From positions 777-64,776 of the forward strand of contig DASTBA010000084.1 in assembly GCA_035712285.1 (NCBI GenBank): 64,000 bases of DNA, given 5' to 3'. Made by a program: the position numbers and the translations under genes. Shown in pieces: positions 9,224 through 16,472 of the stretch; position 1 is the first letter of the stretch; every line of letters starts with the position of its first letter. A model generated the notes under the pieces. That model ran no database searches, was not told where the DNA came from, and saw only the letters and a list, made by a program, of their open reading frames with translations. Origin of the DNA: Gemmatimonadales bacterium. Lineage in GTDB: Bacteria > Gemmatimonadota > Gemmatimonadetes > Gemmatimonadales > GWC2-71-9.

Positions 9224-10426
9224 GTGGATACGCAGACGCTTCAACACATTGCGCTCTTCGACAAGTGCCGGCAGTTCACCAAGGCGCGCGAGATCCAGGC
9301 GGCGGGGCTCTACCCGTACTTCAAGCCGATCTCCGAGTCCGAGGACACGGTCGTCACCATCGAGGGCAAGAAGCGGATCATGCTCGGCTCGAACAACTAC
9401 CTCGGGCTGACGCACCACCCCCAGGTCCTGGACGCCGCCCAGCGCGCCCTGCACCGCTATGGCTCCGGCTGCACCGGCAGCCGCTTCCTCAACGGCACCC
9501 TGGACCTGCACGGGCAGCTCGAGAATGCCCTGGCGGAGTTTCTGGGCAAGGAAGACTGCCTCGTCTTCTCCACCGGGTACAATGCCAATCTCGGCCTCAT
9601 CAGCGCCCTCGTGGGCCGGGGCGAGATGGTCTTCCTCGACAAGCTGGACCACGCGTCCATCGTGGACGGCGCCAAGATGTCGTTCGGCGAGACCGATCGC
9701 TTCAACCATGGCGACCTGACCGGGCTGGAGCGGAAGCTGGAACGGGCCGGCGCCCGCGGCTCGCTCATCGTGGTGGACGGCGTCTACTCGATGGAAGGCG
9801 ACATCGCGGACGTGCCGGGCCTGCTGCGCGTCGCGCGGAAGTTCGGCGCCGCGCTGGCGGTGGACGATGCACACGCGCTCGGTGTTCTCGGCCCGAACGG
9901 CGATGGCACCGCCGCGCACTTCGGGATGACCGACGACGTGGACATCATCGCCGGGACGTTCTCCAAGTCGCTGGCCTCCATCGGCGGGTTCATCGCCGGG
10001 GCGGAGCCGGTCATCCACTTCATCCGCCACAACAGCCGGCCGCTCATCTTCACCGCCTCGCTGCCGCCGGCGAACACCGCGGGCGTGCTCGCGGCGCTGG
10101 CCGTGCTGCAGCAGGAGCCGGAACGCCGCGACGCGCTCTGGGCCAACACCCGCCGGCTGCACGAGGGCTTCCGCTCGCTCGGCTTCGAGATCGGGACCAC
10201 GGAGACGCCCATCGTCCCGGTGCTGGTCGGCACGATGGAGCGGACCTTCGTGATGTGGCGGAAGCTGTTCGATGCCGGCGTGTTCACCAACCCGGTCATG
10301 CCGCCGGCGGTGCCGCCTTCGCAGTGCCGGCTCCGGACCAGCGTCATGGCCACGCACACCTTCGACCAGATTGATTTCTGCCTGGAGCAGTTTGCCACGA
10401 TCGGCCGGGAGCTGGGGGTCGTCTGA
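9224..10426 (+). CDS. spt: PLP-dependent alpha-oxoamine synthase, serine palmitoyltransferase-like
   Basis: GTG start preceded by GAGG. Motifs YPYFKPI, GSNNYLGL, STGYNANLG, HASIVDG, DDAHALG and GTFSKSLASIGGF (PLP lysine). From memory, the overall pattern is closest to bacterial SPT rather than KBL, BioF or ALAS. Confidence 0.65.
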   Translation: MDTQTLQHIALFDKCRQFTKAREIQAAGLYPYFKPISESEDTVVTIEGKKRIMLGSNNYLGLTHHPQVLDAAQRALHRYGSGCTGSRFLNGTLDLHGQLENALAEFLGKEDCLVFSTGYNANLGLISALVGRGEMVFLDKLDHASIVDGAKMSFGETDRFNHGDLTGLERKLERAGARGSLIVVDGVYSMEGDIADVPGLLRVARKFGAALAVDDAHALGVLGPNGDGTAAHFGMTDDVDIIAGTFSKSLASIGGFIAGAEPVIHFIRHNSRPLIFTASLPPANTAGVLAALAVLQQEPERRDALWANTRRLHEGFRSLGFEIGTTETPIVPVLVGTMERTFVMWRKLFDAGVFTNPVMPPAVPPSQCRLRTSVMATHTFDQIDFCLEQFATIGRELGVV

Positions 10427-11562
10427 GCACCCTTACCCTGCGCACGGCAGAGACCCCGAAGGATCTCAGGCAATTCATTGATCTCCCCTACCGGCTGCAC
10501 CAGCGGGACCCGCTCTGGGTCCCGCCGTTGCGTCGGGACGTGGCCTTGCTGCTGGACCGCCGGAAGAATCCCTTCTTCGAGCATGCGGAAGCCGCCTACT
10601 TCCTTGCCGAGCGCGACGGCATGGTGGTGGGGCGGATCGCGGCCATCGCCAACCGGCTCCACAACGAAACGCACCACGACAAGGTCGGCTTCTTCGGGTT
10701 CTTCGAATGCGAGGATCGCCAGGAGACCGCCGATGCGCTCTTCGGCCGCGCCGGCGCCTGGCTCCGGGAGCGCGGGTTCGACACCATGCGCGGCCCGGCG
10801 TCCTTCTCCGTGAACGACGAGTGCGGGCTGCTGGTGGACGGTTTCGACACGCCGCCCGCGCTCATGATGCCGCACAATCCGCCATACTATGTGCAGCTGG
10901 TCGAGCGGGCGGGCTTCACGAGCGCCGAGCGCCTGCTGGCCTATCAGGGGGGCGACCCCGCCCTGAAGGAGCGGCGGCCGGCGCCCGAGCGCCTGTCGCG
11001 GGCCGTGGGCATCATGCGGGAACGGATGGGGATCACGGTGCGCCCGCTCGATCTCAAGCGCTTCGACCAGGAAGTGGACACGATCAAGCGGATCTACAAC
11101 GCCGCCTGGGAGAAGAACTGGGGCTTCGTCCCCATGACCGAGGCGGAGATCGATCACCTCGCGAAGCAGTTCCGGCCCGTGGTCATGCCGGAGCTGGTGG
11201 GCATGGCGGAAAAGGACGGCGAGGTCGTGGGGTTCGGGCTGGCGCTGCCGGACCTGAACCAGGTCTTCATCCACAACCGGCGTGGCTACCTGCTTCCCGT
11301 GCTGCCGCGCCTCCTCTGGTCCCTCAAGACCGGGAAGATCCGGCGCATCCGCATTCCGCTGCTGGGGATCCTGCCGGCGTACCGCGGCAAGGGGCTGGAT
11401 GCCGTGCTGTATCACTACATCTGGACCAATGGCCAGCGCATCGGCATGCGCTGGGGCGAGGCCGGCTGGATTCTCGAGGAGAACACCGCCATGAACCTGG
11501 GCCTCGAGAAGATGGGCTTCAGCGTCTACAAGACCTACCGGCTGTACGATCGCCCGCTGTGA
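10423..11562 (+). CDS. GNAT-like N-acyltransferase (candidate bacterial ceramide synthase)
   Basis: The frame is open from 10375. The conserved-looking N-terminus LRTAETPKDLRQFIDLPYRLHQRDPLWVPPL lies upstream of the TTG (10528) used by the ORF track. The only coupling-compatible start is CTG 10423, which forms a CTGA overlap with the spt stop. The C-terminal part, LGILPAYRGKGLDAVLY, is a GNAT-type acyl-CoA-binding motif. Confidence 0.6.
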   Translation: MSTLTLRTAETPKDLRQFIDLPYRLHQRDPLWVPPLRRDVALLLDRRKNPFFEHAEAAYFLAERDGMVVGRIAAIANRLHNETHHDKVGFFGFFECEDRQETADALFGRAGAWLRERGFDTMRGPASFSVNDECGLLVDGFDTPPALMMPHNPPYYVQLVERAGFTSAERLLAYQGGDPALKERRPAPERLSRAVGIMRERMGITVRPLDLKRFDQEVDTIKRIYNAAWEKNWGFVPMTEAEIDHLAKQFRPVVMPELVGMAEKDGEVVGFGLALPDLNQVFIHNRRGYLLPVLPRLLWSLKTGKIRRIRIPLLGILPAYRGKGLDAVLYHYIWTNGQRIGMRWGEAGWILEENTAMNLGLEKMGFSVYKTYRLYDRPL

Positions 11563-12530
11563 ACGCGCTTGTCACCGGGGCCACCGGCTTTGTCGGGGGC
11601 CATGTCGTGGATGCGCTGCTTGCCCGGGGTGATCGCGTCACGGCCCTCGTCCGCTCGCCCGCCAGGGCCGCGGCGCTCGCTACCGCGGGAGTGACGCTGG
11701 TCGAGGGAGATCTCGAGAACCGCAGCGTGCTGCAAGAGGCCGTCCGCCAGCAGGACGTCATCTACCACATCGCCGGCGCCGTTGCCGCGCCGAATGAAGC
11801 CGCCTACCTGAAGGCCAATCGCGACGGGACGGCCAGCCTGCTGCGTGCCGCGGAGGCGGCGGGCTCGCCGCGGTTCGTGCTCATGAGTTCCGGCGCGGCC
11901 GGCGGGCCGTCGCACCGCGGCGTTCCCCGCACCGAGGTGCAGCCCGATGCACCGGTGACCGCCTATGGCCGGAGCAAGCGTGCCGCCGAGGAGGTCGTGC
12001 GGCACGCCACGGTTCCCTGGGTGATCCTCCGCCCGCCCACGGTCTACGGTCCGCGCGACCGGGACAATCTCATCAAGGTGTTCCGGATCGCGCGCACCGG
12101 TGTCGTCCCGGTGTTCGGCGACGGGCTCCAGGAACTGTCCATGGTCTATGCGTCCGATCTGGCCGATGCGACCGTGCTGGCCGGTACCGCACCGGGCGTG
12201 ACCGGCGCGGCGTACTACGTCAACCATCCGGAGATCGTCACCAGCGCCGGCCTCGTCCGCCGGATCGGCTCTGCCATGCATCGTCGCGTGCGCGTCATCG
12301 GCCTGCCGCGCTGGGTGGCCATGCCCATCCTTGGCGTGACGCAGGCCGCGGCCCGCCTCGCCGGACGTACGACCATCCTGAACGTGGAAAAGGCGAACGA
12401 GTTCTATGGTCCGGCGTGGACCGCCGATCCGTCCGCGTTCATGGAGGCGAGCGGCTGGCTGCCGAGCCACGACCTGACCGAGGGACTTGCCGCCACCTGG
12501 CAGTGGTACCGCCAGGCCCGCTGGCTCTGA
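11559..12530 (+). CDS. NAD(P)-dependent epimerase/dehydratase-family (extended SDR) reductase
   Basis: GTG 11559 forms a GTGA overlap with the upstream stop. It has VTGATGFVGGHV (Rossmann fold) and the catalytic YGRSK (YxxxK). The ORF-track 607-aa frame is an upstream over-extension. Confidence 0.8.
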   Translation: MNALVTGATGFVGGHVVDALLARGDRVTALVRSPARAAALATAGVTLVEGDLENRSVLQEAVRQQDVIYHIAGAVAAPNEAAYLKANRDGTASLLRAAEAAGSPRFVLMSSGAAGGPSHRGVPRTEVQPDAPVTAYGRSKRAAEEVVRHATVPWVILRPPTVYGPRDRDNLIKVFRIARTGVVPVFGDGLQELSMVYASDLADATVLAGTAPGVTGAAYYVNHPEIVTSAGLVRRIGSAMHRRVRVIGLPRWVAMPILGVTQAAARLAGRTTILNVEKANEFYGPAWTADPSAFMEASGWLPSHDLTEGLAATWQWYRQARWL

Positions 12531-13387
12531 TGCCGGAGCCCGAGGCCGGGCTCGCGCCGCGGCATGGGCGCCTGCTCCCCGTTGACTGGCTGCTGCTGGG
12601 CTACAGCGCCGTCGTCGTGGCGGTGGTGGCCGTGCGAGCGGCAACACTCCCGCAGTGGCCATGGCTGATCACGGCACACCTGCTCATCGCCCTGCTCATC
12701 TGGCTGGTGCGGCGGGAGGGACTGGGGCCGGTGGGCCGGGCCCTGGCGGCACTCTATCCGCTCCTCCTCCTGGTCGGGCTCTACAGCGAACTCGACATCC
12801 TGAACAGCGGCCGGGTGGTACATGACACCCTGGTCCAGCACTGGGAGCAGGCGCTGTTCGGGGGCCAGCCCAGCCGCGACTGGTGGCGCACGCATCCCAG
12901 CGTCCTCTGGTCCTTCATCCTGCACGGCACCTACCTGGCGTACTATCCGGTCCTTGCCCTGCCGGCATTCTGGCTCGCGGCCCGCGGGCGGGCGGGCGAC
13001 CTCCAGCGGTTCGTGCTGGCGGTGATGCTCGCGTTCGTGAGCTGCTACCTGTGCTTCGTGTTCATGCCGGTCGCCGGGCCGTACTATGCGTTTCCGCGCC
13101 CGGACGGCCCCTTCGTCGAGACGCTTACCGCCCGCTGGGTGTACGACGCGCTCAGCAGCGGGAGCTCGTTCGGCGCCGCCTTCCCTTCCAGTCACGTGGC
13201 CGCCACGGTAGCCGCCCTGCTGGCCGGATGGCGGGCATCCCGCCGCCTGGGACTGGTCCTGCTCCTGCCGACGCTCCTGCTGATCGTGGCCGTGGTGTAC
13301 TGCCAGATGCACTACGCGGTGGATGCGCTGGCGGGACTGGCGGTCGGCATCGCGGCCGGCACGCTCGGCTCGTCGGCGCGCGCCTGA
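12530..13387 (+). CDS. PAP2-superfamily integral membrane protein (PAP2_3 / AUR1-like)
   Basis: ATG 12530 overlaps the upstream TGA (TGATG). Multiple hydrophobic helices are present. The motifs AFPSSHVA and QMHYAVDALAG match phosphatidic-acid-phosphatase motifs C2 and C3. Confidence 0.75.
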   Translation: MPEPEAGLAPRHGRLLPVDWLLLGYSAVVVAVVAVRAATLPQWPWLITAHLLIALLIWLVRREGLGPVGRALAALYPLLLLVGLYSELDILNSGRVVHDTLVQHWEQALFGGQPSRDWWRTHPSVLWSFILHGTYLAYYPVLALPAFWLAARGRAGDLQRFVLAVMLAFVSCYLCFVFMPVAGPYYAFPRPDGPFVETLTARWVYDALSSGSSFGAAFPSSHVAATVAALLAGWRASRRLGLVLLLPTLLLIVAVVYCQMHYAVDALAGLAVGIAAGTLGSSARA

Positions 13388-13404
13388 CGAGGCCGGAAAT
13401 GACA

Positions 13405-13435
13405 GCGCGGCGGAGAACCAGGTTCCCCGCCGCGC
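13405..13435. terminator. GC-rich hairpin between convergent genes
   Basis: gcgcggcggagaacc / ggttccccgccgcgc is an inverted repeat matching 14 of 15 bp. It lies between the PAP2 gene (+) and the cupredoxin gene (-). Confidence 0.5.
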
Positions 13436-13456
13436 CGGACTGCCCGATCAGACGAC

Positions 13457-13927
13457 TTACTGAACGGTGATCTTGCCGTGCATCCCCATCGCGCCGTGGG
13501 GCACGCAGGTGAAGCCGTAGCTGCCGGCCGGGGCGTTCGCCGCGAAGGTCACGGTGAAGCTCGCGCCCTGGTCCACCATCATCTCCGACTCCATCGGGGC
13601 CAGCTGCTTGTCGATCGAGATCGCCGCGGCACCGCCCGCCGGCAGGCTGTCCGCCCAGAACTGGATGTTGTGCGGGCCGCCTTCCTTGTTCACGAACCGC
13701 ACCGCGTCACCCGGCTTGACCGTCAGCGTCTCCGGCACGAACCGGGGCTGACCGTCCACCATCGTCATGTCCACGTCGTGCGTCGCGCCAGTGGCCGGTG
13801 CCGCCGCCGCGGGCGCCGTTGCCGCAGCCGAATCGGTCGCTGCCGCCGGGGTGTTGTCGGCCTTCTTCTCGCCACCGCACGCCGCCAGCACCAATGCCAC
13901 CGCCGCCACCATCGAAGTCACGCGCAT
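13457..13927 (-). CDS. type-1 blue copper protein (plastocyanin/pseudoazurin-like cupredoxin), lipoprotein
   Basis: From ATG 13927: MRVTSMVAAVALVLAAC (lipobox), an Ala/Pro linker, then GGPHNIQF ... FTCVPHGAMGMHGKITV (His...Cys-x2-His-x4-Met type-1 Cu site). Confidence 0.8.
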   Translation of the reverse strand: MRVTSMVAAVALVLAACGGEKKADNTPAAATDSAAATAPAAAAPATGATHDVDMTMVDGQPRFVPETLTVKPGDAVRFVNKEGGPHNIQFWADSLPAGGAAAISIDKQLAPMESEMMVDQGASFTVTFAANAPAGSYGFTCVPHGAMGMHGKITVQ

Positions 13928-13996
13928 TGCTGAAAAGCCTCCCGAACGATGAATGTTCTCCGCCCGCTCCAGCACCGTGGTCGCCAGCCGGCCACT

Positions 13997-14014
13997 TTGT
14001 GAAGCAGTTCACAA
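13997..14014. promoter_or_regulatory. CRP/FNR-family type palindrome TTGTGA-N6-TCACAA
   Basis: A perfect 18-bp palindrome, ttgtgaagcagttcacaa, lies in the divergent intergenic region between the cupredoxin gene (-) and the Cys-rich ORF (+). It is followed by an unusually AT-rich gtatatattac. Confidence 0.45.
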
Positions 14015-14068
14015 GTATATATTACTCATCGTCAGATTGGGAGTCCCCCACCGGAGCCCTTATCGCCC

Positions 14069-14842
14069 GTGCCCACCGCCCCACCTCCATGCAGCCGCCT
14101 TGGCGCGCAGTGCCGGCGCCTGAAGGTCACGCTCCGGGTAGGCTCCCTGGAGGAGGGTGACGAGTCCCTCGATCATGAGGCGACCTGGCTCCTGGGCCAT
14201 ACCGGCAACATCACATTCCTCCGGCTGTGGGAAGGCAGCGGCGATCTCTACGCGGACGCCCTGCTCCATGTGCGGTGCCGGTATCTCAAGAATGACGAGG
14301 ACGGGCAAGCGGCCTGTTCCGCCCACGGTTTCCGCAGCCGCGCTCCGGCCGATCCCCGGAACGCACAACCACGCCAGCTGGGCGGCGAGCGGTTCCGGGT
14401 CGTGGAACGGCGGAATCTGGTGAGCCGCAGACTGCTGGCGGAGCCGGCCCGGTCGCGCTCCCTGCCGGTCGTGCAGGGGACCAATCCCTGCGACGGCGCT
14501 CCCTGCCGCACCGCCGATCACACCCGCGGCGCCGCCTGCTGCCGCGACCTCCAGGTCGAGATCATGTGCAGGCCGGGGGAGGCCCGCCTCGAATCGCTGA
14601 TCCGGTCGCGCCAGTCCCCCTATCTTTGCAAGATCGAGCGCGAGGGCGCCTTTTCCATCGGGGCGGAGATGATCTCGGCCTGTGGTTTCCTGGAACACGG
14701 CGGGGTGAACTGTACCCTCCACGGGCGGCGGAGGCCGGATGGGCGTACCGCCAAGCCGGACCTCTGTTTCGAGTGGCCGCCCAGGGGGCAGATTCTGCAC
14801 CCCGGCTGCGTCTTCGGAAAGCGCCGGCGCCGCACCGCGTGA
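14069..14842 (+). CDS. cysteine-rich hypothetical protein (possible YkgJ/UPF0153-type metal cluster protein)
   Basis: High GC3 in this frame, so I preferred it over the antisense 14060..14800 ORF. Cys clusters: NPCDGAPC...GAACCRDLQVEI, SACGFLEHGGVNCTLHG and PDLCFEWP. The start is uncertain. Confidence 0.45.
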   Translation: MPTAPPPCSRLGAQCRRLKVTLRVGSLEEGDESLDHEATWLLGHTGNITFLRLWEGSGDLYADALLHVRCRYLKNDEDGQAACSAHGFRSRAPADPRNAQPRQLGGERFRVVERRNLVSRRLLAEPARSRSLPVVQGTNPCDGAPCRTADHTRGAACCRDLQVEIMCRPGEARLESLIRSRQSPYLCKIEREGAFSIGAEMISACGFLEHGGVNCTLHGRRRPDGRTAKPDLCFEWPPRGQILHPGCVFGKRRRRTA

Positions 14843-14893
14843 GTGTGCACAGGTTGTGGCTGCGAAACGTCTTATAGACCGTCATTGCCCGGG

Positions 14894-15412
14894 ATGAGCC
14901 ACGTGGACGAGCTCGAACGGCTGTACCAGACCACCTACACCGCCGTGGTGCGGTTTCTCTACCGGAAGGTATGGGATGCCGACCGGGCGGAGGATCTGGC
15001 ACAGGAGGTGTTCCTGCGGCTCTTCCAGCACCGCCCGGAGAAGCCCCGCGCGTGGGTGTTCGCCGTCGCGGCCAATCTGGCGCGCGACGAGGCCAGGTCG
15101 GCCATCCGGCGCCGGAAGCACCTGACGCTGCTCTCGAGCGACCCGACGCCCGGGCCCTCACGCATCCAGTCCGCCGATGAGGCAGTCGAGCATGACGAGC
15201 AGGTGGCGGCGGTGCAGCAGGCGCTCGCGACGCTGACGCCCAGGGACCGCGAGGTGCTGCTGCTCTGGGACGGCGGGCTCAGCTACCCGGAGATCGCGGC
15301 CCAGACCGGGCTCGCCGTCGGTGCGGTCGGCACGACGCTGGCCCGCGCCCGGAAGCGATTGGTCGATGCGTATGACAGTCAGCACAGCCAGGATCATGCG
15401 GCACATTCCTGA
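14894..15412 (+). CDS. ECF (sigma-70 family) RNA polymerase sigma factor
   Basis: From MSHVDELERLY: region 2 DAEDLAQEVFLRLF and region 4 REVLLLWDGGLSYPEIAAQTGLAVGAVGTTLARARKRL. Confidence 0.85.
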   Translation: MSHVDELERLYQTTYTAVVRFLYRKVWDADRAEDLAQEVFLRLFQHRPEKPRAWVFAVAANLARDEARSAIRRRKHLTLLSSDPTPGPSRIQSADEAVEHDEQVAAVQQALATLTPRDREVLLLWDGGLSYPEIAAQTGLAVGAVGTTLARARKRLVDAYDSQHSQDHAAHS

Positions 15413-16406
15413 AGACGAACTGCACTCCTATCTCGACCAGGCGCTGAGTCGTTCCCAGTGCGTGGAGATCGAGAGTCATCTCGCGGCGTGCGCCGGCTGC
15501 CGGGGCGCGCGGGACGGCATCGCGGCGCTCCGTGACCGCACCACGGCGCTGCTCGCCACGCTGGCCCCCGAGCGGAGCCGGATTCCGCCCTCCTGGGAGA
15601 GTCTCTCGACCGTCGCGCGCGAGCGGCGGGCGCGTTCGCGCGACCGCCGGCAGGCGCTGATCTGGGCCGCGAGCATCATGGCGGCATTGGGCCTGGGCTG
15701 GGGTGCCCAGGCGCTGACCCACCGGAACCCGGCGGCACATGATATCGCACAATCGGCGGCGCCCGAGGCGCCGGGCCTGCCGGCTGGCACGGCGCGGCCG
15801 GTGAAGCACGAAGACCCCGCCCCTGTGCCGGCGGCAGAAACGACCACGGCCCCGGCCCCCGTCGCGCTGTCACCGCAGGCCTCTCATGCGGCGGATCGGG
15901 AGGCGCGGACGCCGACCCGGCCGGCCGCGACGAAGACGCCAGGTGAGCCGGTGGGTGCCAGCTTCTCCTCGGGGCGCCTGCCGCAGTCGGATTTCGACCT
16001 GGTCGGCGACGGGGTGTGGCGCACGCTGTCGTGGGACAACGCCCGCCGTGAGCGGGGCGAATCGGTGCCCCGGATCCAGGGCCTTCCGGTGGTGGAAGTG
16101 CAGGTAGCCGCCGCGCGGGATTCCAACGGCAAGCCCACCATGATCGTGGCGCAGCAGCTGCGCTCCGGCGAGATGATCCGCACCATCGAGGGCCCGGCCA
16201 CCGACGTGGCTCGGCTCCTGGTGGGGCCGCGGGCGGATTCGCATTCACCGTGGCCCACCATGCCGGATTCGACGGCGCTGACCGGCGAGGACGGCACCTT
16301 GGCCCTTCGCCGGGGCGACCGCATCCTGGCCATCCAGGCCTCGCCGTCGGTTTCGGCCGACTCCCTCCGCGCCATGATCCGGCGGCTGAACGCGGCCGAC
16401 CGGTAG
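15396..16406 (+). CDS. membrane anti-sigma factor with zf-HC2 (ZAS) motif
   Basis: ATG 15396 overlaps the sigma gene by 17 nt. N-terminus MRHIPEDELHSYLD...C...SHLAACAGC (H-x3-C-x2-C), one TM segment (ALIWAASIMAALGLGWGAQAL), and a Pro/Ala-rich external part. Confidence 0.7.
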   Translation: MRHIPEDELHSYLDQALSRSQCVEIESHLAACAGCRGARDGIAALRDRTTALLATLAPERSRIPPSWESLSTVARERRARSRDRRQALIWAASIMAALGLGWGAQALTHRNPAAHDIAQSAAPEAPGLPAGTARPVKHEDPAPVPAAETTTAPAPVALSPQASHAADREARTPTRPAATKTPGEPVGASFSSGRLPQSDFDLVGDGVWRTLSWDNARRERGESVPRIQGLPVVEVQVAAARDSNGKPTMIVAQQLRSGEMIRTIEGPATDVARLLVGPRADSHSPWPTMPDSTALTGEDGTLALRRGDRILAIQASPSVSADSLRAMIRRLNAADR

Positions 16407-16407
16407 C

Positions 16408-16464
16408 CACGAAGACACGAAAAAAGCACGAAGGGGTTGCCCTTCGTGCTTTCGTGTTTTCGTG
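16408..16464. repeat. palindromic array of 8-nt-spaced CACGAA / TTCGTG units (bidirectional terminator-like hairpin)
   Basis: cacgaagaCACGAAaaaagCACGAAggg-gttg-cccTTCGTGctTTCGTGttTTCGTG. Three units lie on each arm, with a perfect 10-bp core stem. It sits between the anti-sigma stop (16406) and the actF stop (16473). A sister element lies at 34972..35030. Confidence 0.6.
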
Positions 16465-16472
16465 CGCTCGGG

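Noticed and set aside
9224-10426. The alpha-oxoamine synthase next to the haem operon as 5-aminolevulinate synthase (Shemin pathway).
   Set aside because: hemL (C5 pathway) is in the adjacent operon. The sequence lacks the ALAS-type patterns I recall and matches the SPT-type patterns (YPYF, GTFSKS..GGF). Its operon partners are lipid-type enzymes.
10411-10426. Programmed -1 frameshift or fusion of spt with the downstream acyltransferase at the G5 run.
   Set aside because: There is no X XXY YYZ slippery heptamer or downstream pseudoknot. A CTGA termination-reinitiation overlap explains the arrangement more simply. A sequencing indel cannot be excluded.
14060-14800. A 246-aa minus-strand ORF opposite the Cys-rich gene.
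   Set aside because: The + strand frame has the high third-position GC and structured Cys motifs. The minus-strand product is low-complexity.
16408-16464. The CACGAA/TTCGTG repeat arrays as a CRISPR array or mini-array.
   Set aside because: The units are 8 nt with no spacers of 25-40 nt. The arrays are self-complementary hairpins, and no cas genes are in the window.
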